DNA of 40,790 nucleotides from a virus. The DNA lies in IMG/VR virus record IMGVR_UViG_2758568559_000001. The stretch is one strand, 5' to 3'. The position numbers were made by a program, and so were the translations under genes. The notes beneath the pieces are model-generated. The model saw only the letters and a program-made list of their open reading frames with translations, was not told where the DNA came from and searched no databases. This document shows, piece after piece, positions 25,187 to 33,576 of this stretch (position 1 is its first letter; every line of letters starts with the position of its first letter).

Positions 25187-25501
25187 CTAGAAATCGTAGG
25201 TTTCGTCTGAATGCTCAGGCTGAATGTACTCTTCATAACTCAAAGCATCTATTAACATCTGTTCCTTAGAATTTGCCTGTTCAAGCAATTCTTTATCAGC
25301 TTTTGGATTCTGACTTAAAAGTTTAAGCATCAATATTTTCCTTTCATCACTGTCGAGATGATCTAAAGGAATTTGTTCCACTATAGAATTTATCTTCGTA
25401 TGACCATAGCCATTTTCTTCTTTATAAAGTTTTATTGCTTCATATGCTGAATTAGCTGCAATTAATGCATATTCTGGGGTTCTGAATCTAAAGTATTCCA
25501 T
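25187..25501 (-). CDS. Hypothetical protein, paralog 2 of a tandem pair
   Basis: 104 aa. MEYFRFRTPEYALIAANSAYEAIKLYKE...LLEQANSKEQMLIDALSYEEY parallels the 103-aa neighbour. Confidence 0.55.
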   Translation of the reverse strand: MEYFRFRTPEYALIAANSAYEAIKLYKEENGYGHTKINSIVEQIPLDHLDSDERKILMLKLLSQNPKADKELLEQANSKEQMLIDALSYEEYIQPEHSDETYDF

Positions 25502-25503
25502 TG

Positions 25504-25824
25504 CTAGTCCTCCTCCATCTCTAACTTTATTCCTGATAAAGTTTGAATAAATTCATAATCTAAATCGGCATCTGCAAACATTTCATTTAAGTCGATACAA
25601 AGAGAATCGGTACCCAAAATCGCTTTGCAGTTATCGTCCCACTCTATGCCTGAAGCTTTAGTTAGTAATGGCAAAATTTCATCACAAACGTTATAAGGCA
25701 CCCACATCCAAATATGTTCTTCCGTACTGTCTGACAATATAGAAGGGATATTACGAGTTTCGTAAGTTAAGTCATATAGATCTGATAATATTTTTAATTC
25801 GTTTTGTTCATCATTTAAGCTCAT
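25504..25824 (-). CDS. Small acidic hypothetical protein
   Basis: The likely start is ATG 25824 (SD GGGAGGA). 106 aa, rich in D/E. Confidence 0.5.
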   Translation of the reverse strand: MSLNDEQNELKILSDLYDLTYETRNIPSILSDSTEEHIWMWVPYNVCDEILPLLTKASGIEWDDNCKAILGTDSLCIDLNEMFADADLDYEFIQTLSGIKLEMEED

Positions 25825-25826
25825 TG

Positions 25827-26123
25827 TTAGTCCTCCCACATACTTTGATTTTGCTGCTTTTCAAACTCTATTAACCTGTTTAGGTATACTTGGGCTTTTT
25901 CCAAGTCTTCTATACCGTTTTTCTGTTGCCAGCGTGTCAAGTATTTAAATATGTTTCCAGTCATGAAACCAATAAACATATCTGCATTAAATATCTTGGA
26001 TAAATGATCTATTAGGTCTTGACCGTTTTGCTGATAATAACTAGGATCTAAAGTGGATTCTTTGAAATTACTTGTTAGCATTCTAATTTTTTCTCCCCTA
26101 AAATAGGTTTCACTTGGTCGCAC
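25827..26123 (-). CDS. DUF3310-like protein
   Basis: ...DPSYYQ...DLIDHL...GNIFKYLTRWQQKNGIEDLEKAQVYLNRLIE matches the DUF3310 pattern. Alternative start at ATG 26081. Confidence 0.55.
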   Translation of the reverse strand: MRPSETYFRGEKIRMLTSNFKESTLDPSYYQQNGQDLIDHLSKIFNADMFIGFMTGNIFKYLTRWQQKNGIEDLEKAQVYLNRLIEFEKQQNQSMWED

Positions 26124-26295
26124 TGCTTATCTCTTGGTAAATAGCTTTTGCTGTTTCTGTTTGACTTGTATAACCTTTGAAGTAGCCGTTGCCAATATTA
26201 AAAATGTTTACTAGTACATTGTCGAAAGTATTATCTTTAGTTTTCTTTTTGGCTTTATCTTTGGCTTTGTGAGTCTTCCAAACATGTTTAGTCAT
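26110..26295 (-). CDS. Small basic hypothetical protein
   Basis: 61-aa ORF, packed within the operon. Confidence 0.4.
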   Translation of the reverse strand: MTKHVWKTHKAKDKAKKKTKDNTFDNVLVNIFNIGNGYFKGYTSQTETAKAIYQEISSATK

Positions 26296-26308
26296 TGGTG
26301 TTCCCTCC

Positions 26309-27052
26309 TTAAGCTATGATCGTTATATGCTTTGTTTGAATTAAATCTTGCAAGCCTTTAGTTAAATAATCCTGAATATTTTTAATTGCCTCTAATTGCC
26401 AAGCTTTATTGTCGGCCTCAAAGATTGCACATTGCATACCGTCTTGTAATCGAAAAATGAATTCACTAACTGGTTGTTCTACTTCAGCAAAGGTACGGTA
26501 AGGAGCTAATTTTACGGGATTAGGTACTTTAACATTGCTGACACTGGCAACCCCGGTTTTGACACTAACTGCTTGGCTAACACCATCATCATTGGCTTGG
26601 TGTACCTTTTCTTCTTTTAAGTTGCCAATAACTTTTAAAATTAAATCGCGGTCTTTGGTTTTTTTAAATTGTGATTGAAAAATAATGTTAGCCTTTTCAG
26701 TATCAATAAAATCATCCATTGGAATGGCTGGCAAAATTGCATTCGTTTCTGCTAAATATTCCCGTCTGCCATAAGCATCTAAGTGCGTGAAGGCGACCGC
26801 TTTATTAGCGGACTTAATATGGACATATATCGCTTGGTCTTTACGTTCATTAATTGTTTTGATAAATTCAATAAAGCCATCTAAAGTATTCAGTTCAACA
26901 GCACTATCAGCTAAATTTTTAGGGACTATTAAACTAACATCACCGTCGCCGTCAACCTTGTAGAATTCGCCGTTATTTTCAATAATCTTTTTACCAGCAG
27001 CTTCTACTGCCATCTCTTGAATTTTGTTAATTGCATTTGTGGTCATATCCAT
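26309..27052 (-). CDS. Hypothetical protein
   Basis: 247-aa ORF with an SD. No motif I can name with confidence. Confidence 0.5.
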   Translation of the reverse strand: MDMTTNAINKIQEMAVEAAGKKIIENNGEFYKVDGDGDVSLIVPKNLADSAVELNTLDGFIEFIKTINERKDQAIYVHIKSANKAVAFTHLDAYGRREYLAETNAILPAIPMDDFIDTEKANIIFQSQFKKTKDRDLILKVIGNLKEEKVHQANDDGVSQAVSVKTGVASVSNVKVPNPVKLAPYRTFAEVEQPVSEFIFRLQDGMQCAIFEADNKAWQLEAIKNIQDYLTKGLQDLIQTKHITIIA

Positions 27053-27062
27053 TTTTATTTAC

Positions 27063-27488
27063 CTAACCTTTCTTATTCTGTAAATCAATGACATTACTAG
27101 TTGCAAGTTGCTGCTCTTTATCTATTGGATTGCCTGTGTCGTCTTTCAGAACGCCGTCATTATCAATATATGTTTGTCCAGGAACACCCGATTTTAGTTC
27201 ATTAGCTTCAATCATTCCGGTATCAACATTTCTTCCTACTAGCATGGTCGTTCCTACTCCAATTTGAGGGGCTAATTTAGACTTAATATTGATTGTGACA
27301 TCAATTGCATCACGTTGATCGTTGGGTTCTAGTGTTAACTCTATGGTTACCTTTCGTTTATCCTTGGCCTTGGTGTTTACATCAAGAATATTCTGAGCAA
27401 CCTTTTTCATTTCTGCGGTAAATTGTTCTTGAACTTCACCATCTGCAATATCTGATAATGAAACATTAATAGAATTTTGAATATTCAT
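27063..27488 (-). CDS. Hypothetical protein
   Basis: 141-aa ORF, tightly coupled to its neighbours. Confidence 0.5.
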   Translation of the reverse strand: MNIQNSINVSLSDIADGEVQEQFTAEMKKVAQNILDVNTKAKDKRKVTIELTLEPNDQRDAIDVTINIKSKLAPQIGVGTTMLVGRNVDTGMIEANELKSGVPGQTYIDNDGVLKDDTGNPIDKEQQLATSNVIDLQNKKG

Positions 27489-28243
27489 TATTTATACTCC
27501 TCATACTTTAAAAGAAAATTTATGATTTTTGGCTTTATTTTTTTAATGCTTTGTAAAATCTGAACTGCCTCATCAAAACGAACACAGTCTGATTCATCAT
27601 CCTCGATTTTTACACCGTTCATACCAATTGCCTGTTTTCCCACTTGGAATAAAAATACATAGTCGGGACTAATATATTTTTGTGGGATTTGAGTATCAGC
27701 ACTAATATATTTACGGGAAATAGTGCCTTGATTTGAATTCCAAAATCGCACATTTTTAATAACATATTCAGGTTTTAACAAGTTAGCTGCCCTTTCTGCA
27801 CCTTCCTTGGAAAAGTAAGTATAGTCAGATGAATCTAGGGTTAGCATACGAAGGTTATTAAAATAATAATCACCATATTTAACTTGATAGTCTTCCTTAC
27901 CATATCCGTATAACAAGGCAACTGCTACTTGCGGCCAAGCATATCTTTCTAGTAGTCCATAGTATGATTTATGCCATTCTTCGACTTCGCCAGTAACTGG
28001 CAACCAATCGTAATAAGAAGATTGTTCGTAATTTTCTGATAACTCCTTTTCATTGTCTTTGGTTGCTAGTACGCATTCCATGCACCCCTTGAAGGTAAGG
28101 CCATCATCCATTTGTGGCAGAAAGTATCTGATACGTTCTTTAATACATTCGGGTAAAATACATTTGGGTGGATCGATTTCGTTTTTATTATTGATATTCC
28201 AGTTATAAAGTGAATTCATTATTTCTGCTAAACGATCTATCAT
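27488..28243 (-). CDS. Hypothetical protein
   Basis: 251-aa ORF, Tyr/Trp-rich. No recognised motif. Confidence 0.5.
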   Translation of the reverse strand: MIDRLAEIMNSLYNWNINNKNEIDPPKCILPECIKERIRYFLPQMDDGLTFKGCMECVLATKDNEKELSENYEQSSYYDWLPVTGEVEEWHKSYYGLLERYAWPQVAVALLYGYGKEDYQVKYGDYYFNNLRMLTLDSSDYTYFSKEGAERAANLLKPEYVIKNVRFWNSNQGTISRKYISADTQIPQKYISPDYVFLFQVGKQAIGMNGVKIEDDESDCVRFDEAVQILQSIKKIKPKIINFLLKYEEYK

Positions 28244-28254
28244 GGTTATTCCTC

Positions 28255-28680
28255 CTATTCGTTGAAATCAGGGATTTCAAACGGAACATTGATTTTGCTA
28301 TCATCACCCATTAGTGCCCAATAGAGTTTAATAATTCTATCCATGCCATCAATAAAATTCATTAAGTCTTCGGCCTCTTGGGTGTCAGGGTTTAAATTAT
28401 CTAAATATGGGTTATACAGCATTTTTAAAAATTGGATCCCTGCACAAAACTGTTTTTTAGTAAGTACTACTTTTTCCTTTTTATTTTTACTAGTTTTAAT
28501 AGAGTGTGCAGCTTTAGCAATTTTTTTTATTAATATGTCCATAGTATATTTGTATTCTTCCTCGGTTAAATCATGAGGTATACCCATTAAAGTCATATCT
28601 TTAAGGCCTGCTACCTTAGCTAATTCAGTAATCTGTGCTTGAATAAACGACTTGCTATACATTTTTTTACTTTGTGCCAT
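28255..28680 (-). CDS. Hypothetical protein
   Basis: 141-aa ORF. Confidence 0.5.
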   Translation of the reverse strand: MAQSKKMYSKSFIQAQITELAKVAGLKDMTLMGIPHDLTEEEYKYTMDILIKKIAKAAHSIKTSKNKKEKVVLTKKQFCAGIQFLKMLYNPYLDNLNPDTQEAEDLMNFIDGMDRIIKLYWALMGDDSKINVPFEIPDFNE

Positions 28681-28682
28681 GA

Positions 28683-28934
28683 CTATTTCTCCTCTTCGTC
28701 TGGGACGATAAGTCCCTTCTTAATCAACACTTTTTTAAAGGTTTCAAAATCTTTGGGTTCAATTTCTAATTGCTGACCATTGTCTAAGCTTATTAAATAG
28801 CTACAAGGATTAGAATTGTGGGGAGTTGTTAGGGTATTATCATCATTCAAAGAAATATGTTTTTCATACTCAGGGGTTAAAGACTGAATACAATCCAAGT
28901 CAATATATGACTCACCAGGTATTTTATATAGCAT
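28683..28934 (-). CDS. Hypothetical protein
   Basis: 83-aa ORF. Confidence 0.45.
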   Translation of the reverse strand: MLYKIPGESYIDLDCIQSLTPEYEKHISLNDDNTLTTPHNSNPCSYLISLDNGQQLEIEPKDFETFKKVLIKKGLIVPDEEEK

Positions 28935-28945
28935 TTAGTTCCTCC

Positions 28946-29332
28946 TCATTTAACTAAAGTTGGTATCCCTTTAGCATCAAGTTTGATTTTGCCTTCATCA
29001 TAGAGTTTCCAGTAGTTTTCTAAGCTGCCTACTTGCTCCAGTACGGGGACTGCTTCTTCGTCTAAATACCTATCTTTGCGAAGTTCGTCGTCATACCAAT
29101 CGTAAATCCAGCCTTGCCTTAGTGATTCTAGTAAGAAGGTATATTCGGAAGCATGTTCCAATTTATCAGCCCAAGGAGCTCTCCTTACATAAATATCAGT
29201 GAAACAATCAGGGTCTCCTAATTCGTCATCATAAAGTGCCTGTGATTTTGCTTTCCCGGGTGTTTCTGCCCAATAGACGTTTACAAATGCGTCTTCCCCT
29301 GCTTCGTAAATACATTCATAAGCTTTCATCAC
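28946..29332 (-). CDS. Acidic hypothetical protein
   Basis: 128-aa ORF, rich in D/E/W/Y. Confidence 0.5.
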   Translation of the reverse strand: MMKAYECIYEAGEDAFVNVYWAETPGKAKSQALYDDELGDPDCFTDIYVRRAPWADKLEHASEYTFLLESLRQGWIYDWYDDELRKDRYLDEEAVPVLEQVGSLENYWKLYDEGKIKLDAKGIPTLVK

Positions 29333-29341
29333 TTTTGCCTC

Positions 29342-29770
29342 CTACATCTCAGTAATTTCAATCTCTGTGCGGGGATTGTCTGAATAAATCTTCCGTGCGT
29401 ATAAAACAACGATCTGGCTGTCATCTTTGAATGCAACACCGTTTAAAGCGTCCAGGATGGCTTTAACATAGTTGTCTACATCAGGTTTCATAGTTGGCCA
29501 CGATTGACCAGTAAGTCGTCTGTGACGTTCAATTTTGCTGATAGACTTTTGAATTGGGCGATAGAACCTCACGTCAACGGTTAATGGTTTTTCAGTAGGC
29601 AATTTCTGGGCGTATTCTAAGCGGTACTTATGCGCCACTAGCTTTTTATAAGTTCTAATCTTCTTACTCTCATAAGCATGTGCATATTTACCTCTGACAG
29701 TTACTCGCGGCCTTGGTTGCGGTTGTGGTACTTGATTAATTACTAACTTGATAACTTGATTATTTGCCAA
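29342..29770 (-). CDS. rusA: RusA-family Holliday junction resolvase
   Basis: ...PQPRPRVTVRGKYAHAY...KPDVDNYVKAILDALNGVAFKDDSQIV is the RusA signature. The likely start is TTG 29770 (SD GAAAGGAG). The track start is ATG 29797. Confidence 0.8.
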   Translation of the reverse strand: MANNQVIKLVINQVPQPQPRPRVTVRGKYAHAYESKKIRTYKKLVAHKYRLEYAQKLPTEKPLTVDVRFYRPIQKSISKIERHRRLTGQSWPTMKPDVDNYVKAILDALNGVAFKDDSQIVVLYARKIYSDNPRTEIEITEM

Positions 29771-30422
29771 TCCTAAGCTCCTTTCGTGTCTGTGCATTTA
29801 GTTTGACGGGCTTAATGTGATACTTATTTAAAAAGTTTTTTGCTCCTAAATTGTGCCGTTCCTGGTGGTGTATTCTGCATAGCGGTAAAAAATAACTTTT
29901 AGAATTATCGACTGTGCGCCTGTCTCGGCCTATTCCTACCAGTCCAAAGGTGTGGTCAATATCAGCGTGGTTTAAGCAGATAATGCACTTTCTATGTTTA
30001 CAGCAACGCATCACCATAGCATAATCATCTGGCAACATATCCCAAGTTTTAGTTTTAAAACCGATGTTGTTTTCAAAGCAAAAATCGATTAACCACGTCA
30101 AGTATTTATTGGCTGCTGTCATGGAGCAATCCGATAAGCTGAACATATCCGCTCCAGTTTCTGTTAGGTACTTCCATTTCATCACTGCCGGCATTTCTTG
30201 CGGTATTGAGTAACCAGTGTAATTGGCGATATCACCTAACAAGGCATAGATTTTTTTACGCTGATCAGGGCTAATTTTGCGGTTATCTGCCAAGATAATT
30301 GCTACTGTGGGAGATTGATTGTTGGAGTATTTATCGATCTGATAAGTGCTTAATTCATCATCAAGCAACACGGTAATTTCTTTGCCTTTAATTGATTTCA
30401 ACTTACCGAAAATCTCACTCAT
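29760..30422 (-). CDS. HNH-motif nuclease-like protein (DUF968/HNHc-like)
   Basis: C-terminal Cys/His cluster CCKHRKCIICLNHADIDH...LPLCRIHHQERH. Commonly found next to replication genes in lactic phages. Confidence 0.5.
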   Translation of the reverse strand: MSEIFGKLKSIKGKEITVLLDDELSTYQIDKYSNNQSPTVAIILADNRKISPDQRKKIYALLGDIANYTGYSIPQEMPAVMKWKYLTETGADMFSLSDCSMTAANKYLTWLIDFCFENNIGFKTKTWDMLPDDYAMVMRCCKHRKCIICLNHADIDHTFGLVGIGRDRRTVDNSKSYFLPLCRIHHQERHNLGAKNFLNKYHIKPVKLNAQTRKELRIGK

Positions 30423-30462
30423 TAAATGACCCCTCTAACAAATACTTACTAGTCGTTTAGCT

Positions 30463-31314
30463 TTACTCTTGCTTGGTTTTAAATTGCTCCCACTGTTTTT
30501 GCAGTTCGGCCAATTTTTGCGGATCAACTGGTTTTGCTTGTTTGTGTTCCCAATCTGTAGTTTGCTCTTTGTGAGGACTTTGTCTCTTGTATGGTCTTTG
30601 TTCGTTCAGATAACCTTCAAACTTGGTGCCAAATAAGGTTTCGGGGCGTAAATACTTACACATATTGGCGTCATTAAGCCATTCGTACGTTTTGACATCA
30701 ATTACTTTTTGAAAGTCTTCAGGCTTAAAGCCTTCGTTCCACCTAGCCTTGATTAGCCGTTGTGTAGCCTTAGAATTATCTCGATAATGAGCCCCTGTTT
30801 TTTGGTTAAGATAATTAATAATTTTTGAGTAAGGTATAGGGTCGCGTTTCGCGACATCATCTTTCTTTTTTATTTCTTTTATATTATTAATACTTGTATT
30901 ATTAATACTTGTATTATTACCTTTAAGATTTTTCTTAATAGGGGTATTAAGATTTTTCTTAATACCCTCTTCAGATTTTTCTTTATAGGTATTAAGATTT
31001 TTCTTAATAGGGGGGGCTTCCTGTTTATCATTGATATTTTTTAAATAAATTCTTCTTTGAACAATTTGATTGTTCTTTCGAATTATTTGTACTTGAACAT
31101 ATCCCAATTTTTCTAAATGACTAATCCAGCTTGAAACCGTTTGAGGTGTAACATCATATAAATCGCTAAAGTATTTGTTGGAAGCGTGGCAATACCCCTC
31201 TTTATTTGCTAAAGCAGTTATTTCTGCATATATTAATTTCTCATTAGCCTTTAAATTTCGGTCGTAACGAATTTTTGCGGTTAGAATGGCATAATAAGCT
31301 GGTCTCTCGTTCAA
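30463..31314 (-). CDS. Replication initiator / replisome organiser (N-terminal wHTH + DnaD-like phage C-terminal domain)
   Basis: The N-terminus is ...NEKLIYAEITALANKEGYCHASNKYFSDLYDVTPQTVSSWISHLEKLGYV. The C-terminus IPYSKIINYLNQKTGAHYRDNSKATQRLIKARWNEGFKPEDFQKVID...YLRPETLFGTKFEGYLN is typical of the phage DnaD-like C-terminal domain. Confidence 0.75.
   Translation of the reverse strand: MNERPAYYAILTAKIRYDRNLKANEKLIYAEITALANKEGYCHASNKYFSDLYDVTPQTVSSWISHLEKLGYVQVQIIRKNNQIVQRRIYLKNINDKQEAPPIKKNLNTYKEKSEEGIKKNLNTPIKKNLKGNNTSINNTSINNIKEIKKKDDVAKRDPIPYSKIINYLNQKTGAHYRDNSKATQRLIKARWNEGFKPEDFQKVIDVKTYEWLNDANMCKYLRPETLFGTKFEGYLNEQRPYKRQSPHKEQTTDWEHKQAKPVDPQKLAELQKQWEQFKTKQE
30883..31010. repeat. 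Direct repeats inside the replication gene: candidate phage origin of replication
   Basis: About 2.5 tandem copies of the 15-bp unit ATTATTAATACTTGT at 30883-30919. Three copies of TTAAGATTTTTCTTAATA end at about 30940, 30964 and 31009. Confidence 0.55.
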
Positions 31315-31328
31315 AGCAGCACCTCCTT

Positions 31329-32246
31329 TTAGATGATTAACTGATCCATCGGGATAATTGAGGATAGCAGTTTATGCTCTTTGCAGTAATCACATTTTCC
31401 GCAAAAGTTTGGTCTTATTTGGCCTGTTTTAACTAATTCAATATGATTTTGTCGCATTTCTATCTCTCTTTTGGCCTCTTCCATGCGGTAATCTGGGATT
31501 GATACTATAGCCTTATCGGGAACTTTCTCTTTCGACACAGCCACTATATATGGCTGACACACAACGCCAAATGTTTGCTTAATGAGTTGCTGGTAAACCC
31601 ACATCTGTAGTTGATAGTTGTAAGCAGCTACAAATGATTCCCATGTGTGTTCTTTATTATTCCAATATTTTTTATCCAATTTAGCTGTTGTTTTTAAATC
31701 AATGAAATACCCGCGTTCTAAATTCAAACAGTCAATTTTGCCTTTCCACTTAACCCCAAATAATTCACCTGTGACAATCACTTCCTTATCGCCTTGATAT
31801 AGTTCATTAAACGCTGGGTCAGTTTCTAAACATTCAATTGCCTTATCTGCTATTAAATAATTGCTTTTAAGCTTGCCTTTATTTTTTCCAGTTTTTGCCA
31901 AAATCTCGGGGTGATTTTCTAAAAATTCTTCGTGGGCTTCTTTACTTTCAAAATAAGAATGCAGATAATTACCAGCTAATAGTGCTGTTTGGTCAAAGTC
32001 CGGTATATAATCACCTTTTAATTCAGCTAGTGCTTCTGCTTCACAGTTCAGAAATTTTTTAAACCAAGTAGGTGATTGCCAAAACCAATCCGTGTCTTTG
32101 CTATAGTAATTATCATCATCCAGCCTTAAATCAGAATGGGAAGTCTTCTTGTTGGATTTCTTGGACTGCTGTTGTTTGCTTTCCACTGGCTTTGCTTGCT
32201 GGCTTGTCTGCCGATTTGTTTGCTGGTTTTTGGTTGCTGTTGTCAT
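31329..32246 (-). CDS. PD-(D/E)XK exonuclease (RecT partner) with C-terminal Cys cluster
   Basis: GKIDCLNLERGYFIDLKTT (D...D-x-K) and YNYQLQMWVYQ (QxxxY) motifs. C-terminal CGKCDYC. Directly downstream of recT. Confidence 0.7.
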   Translation of the reverse strand: MTTATKNQQTNRQTSQQAKPVESKQQQSKKSNKKTSHSDLRLDDDNYYSKDTDWFWQSPTWFKKFLNCEAEALAELKGDYIPDFDQTALLAGNYLHSYFESKEAHEEFLENHPEILAKTGKNKGKLKSNYLIADKAIECLETDPAFNELYQGDKEVIVTGELFGVKWKGKIDCLNLERGYFIDLKTTAKLDKKYWNNKEHTWESFVAAYNYQLQMWVYQQLIKQTFGVVCQPYIVAVSKEKVPDKAIVSIPDYRMEEAKREIEMRQNHIELVKTGQIRPNFCGKCDYCKEHKLLSSIIPMDQLII

Positions 32247-33012
32247 TTACTTCACCTCCAATTAACTGGGTAATATCAGTTGCTGGTTCTTGCGGGGTAA
32301 CGTCTTTAGTTTCTTCGTCAATAGGTGAAGTATCTGCCACTTCTTCATCAGCGTTATAAGCTGTTTGCATATCAACGGTCATTGGCCCCCACTTACCAAT
32401 GAGATTTCTTAAAACCGTTTTTAAGGCCATTGCGTCAAAATCTGTTGCCCAAACGCCTGTAGGTTTTTGTTTGCCGCTCATTTTGGAGAACTTTTGGCGG
32501 TGTTGGTCAATTTGTTCACGTGTCCAGTAGACGGTTTTTTCAAAACCATTTTGCAGTTTAAAATATCCAACATATCCTACTGGCTTTTCATCTTTATTCC
32601 GGTCGTGAAAATTAGGTTCGTATTTCAACTCTTCAGTTAATGGATTCCAGCCTTCGAATTCATCTTCATAAACAGAGATTGCGTTTAAATGTAGATATTG
32701 CCCTGAACGTTGGGCTAACTGAATATAGCCTTTATAACCCATTTGTGGTTGGGCTTTACCTTTGTAGGGAACTAAATACATATAGCCAAAGTTTTGATTA
32801 ATTGGTAAATCAAGTGCAGCTGCTACCAAAGCCGCGGCAATCACACTGTTTTGGTCTACTTCCTTCAATTCAGTATTACTATTAACAACATTAATCAGTG
32901 AAGAGATGAATTGCGGAGCCTTTTTTCCTAGCACGTCTTCAAATTTACGTTTAATACTGGGTGATTGTAACTGTTGTTTAACGCTTATCCTTGCCAATTC
33001 TTGCTTATTCAT
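32131..33012 (-). CDS. recT: RecT-family single-strand annealing recombinase
   Basis: ...AAALVAAALDLPINQNFGYMYLVPYKGKAQPQMGYKGYIQLAQRSGQY... is a typical RecT core. Confidence 0.85.
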   Translation of the reverse strand: MNKQELARISVKQQLQSPSIKRKFEDVLGKKAPQFISSLINVVNSNTELKEVDQNSVIAAALVAAALDLPINQNFGYMYLVPYKGKAQPQMGYKGYIQLAQRSGQYLHLNAISVYEDEFEGWNPLTEELKYEPNFHDRNKDEKPVGYVGYFKLQNGFEKTVYWTREQIDQHRQKFSKMSGKQKPTGVWATDFDAMALKTVLRNLIGKWGPMTVDMQTAYNADEEVADTSPIDEETKDVTPQEPATDITQLIGGEVNDNSNQKPANKSADKPASKASGKQTTAVQEIQQEDFPF

Positions 33013-33365
33013 TATTCAGCCTCTACTTTCTCAGCACCTAAGAATAGAAGAAAATCCATTGTGCCATCTGTACTAAATTCGCCGTCTTCAATTGCATAAA
33101 ATAAATCGTCAATATCTAATCCAAAATCTTTTAGCAGCTGGAGTACATCTTTGTATTGACCCTTTAGCCAATCTAGAAATTCAACTGCATTATCTTCGCC
33201 AAAAATATAAAGTTTGCTGGAGCTTTCCAGTCGATAAACAATTTCCCGTGCCGCGTCTAGTGTTTCACCCTGATAATCAACAATGGGCTGTTTATCCTCT
33301 TCACTGTCTAAATATGCGTTTAACTGCTGTTTGTAAAAGTGATCTATTGCCATTCCTTCGTTCAT
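33012..33365 (-). CDS. Acidic hypothetical protein upstream of recT
   Basis: 117-aa ORF with a strongly acidic C-terminal half. ATGA-type overlap with the recT start. Confidence 0.5.
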   Translation of the reverse strand: MNEGMAIDHFYKQQLNAYLDSEEDKQPIVDYQGETLDAAREIVYRLESSSKLYIFGEDNAVEFLDWLKGQYKDVLQLLKDFGLDIDDLFYAIEDGEFSTDGTMDFLLFLGAEKVEAE

Positions 33366-33404
33366 TGCTCTAACCCCTTTCTATAAATAAACTTTCGTGT
33401 TACA

Positions 33405-33572
33405 CTAATTGAAGTGATTATTTTTGAAATGGTTGAACTTGAAGGCATCAGGTTCAACCTTTTTTTGTGCTCTTTTTTTTCTAGGGTGGTCGTATAAGTC
33501 TTTACAAAACCAAGCCGAAACCCAACCAATAAATGCTCCAACAAATATACTGTCTAGATAAAGTGTTAGCAT
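33405..33572 (-). CDS. Small membrane protein (55 aa), not in the ORF track
   Basis: ATG 33572 with SD GGTGA, 5 nt after the stop of the upstream gene. The translation MLTLYLDSIFVGAFIGWVSAWFCKDLYDHPRKKRAQKK... has one TM helix and a basic tail. It fits the gap better than the track ORF 33362-33544. Confidence 0.45.
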   Translation of the reverse strand: MLTLYLDSIFVGAFIGWVSAWFCKDLYDHPRKKRAQKKVEPDAFKFNHFKNNHFN

Positions 33573-33576
33573 ATTT

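Noticed and set aside
33362-33544. 60-aa track ORF in the gap upstream of 33012-33365
   Set aside because: It has no SD, overlaps the next gene start, and has a basic, featureless sequence. The 55-aa ORF in another frame (33405-33572) has proper translational signals.
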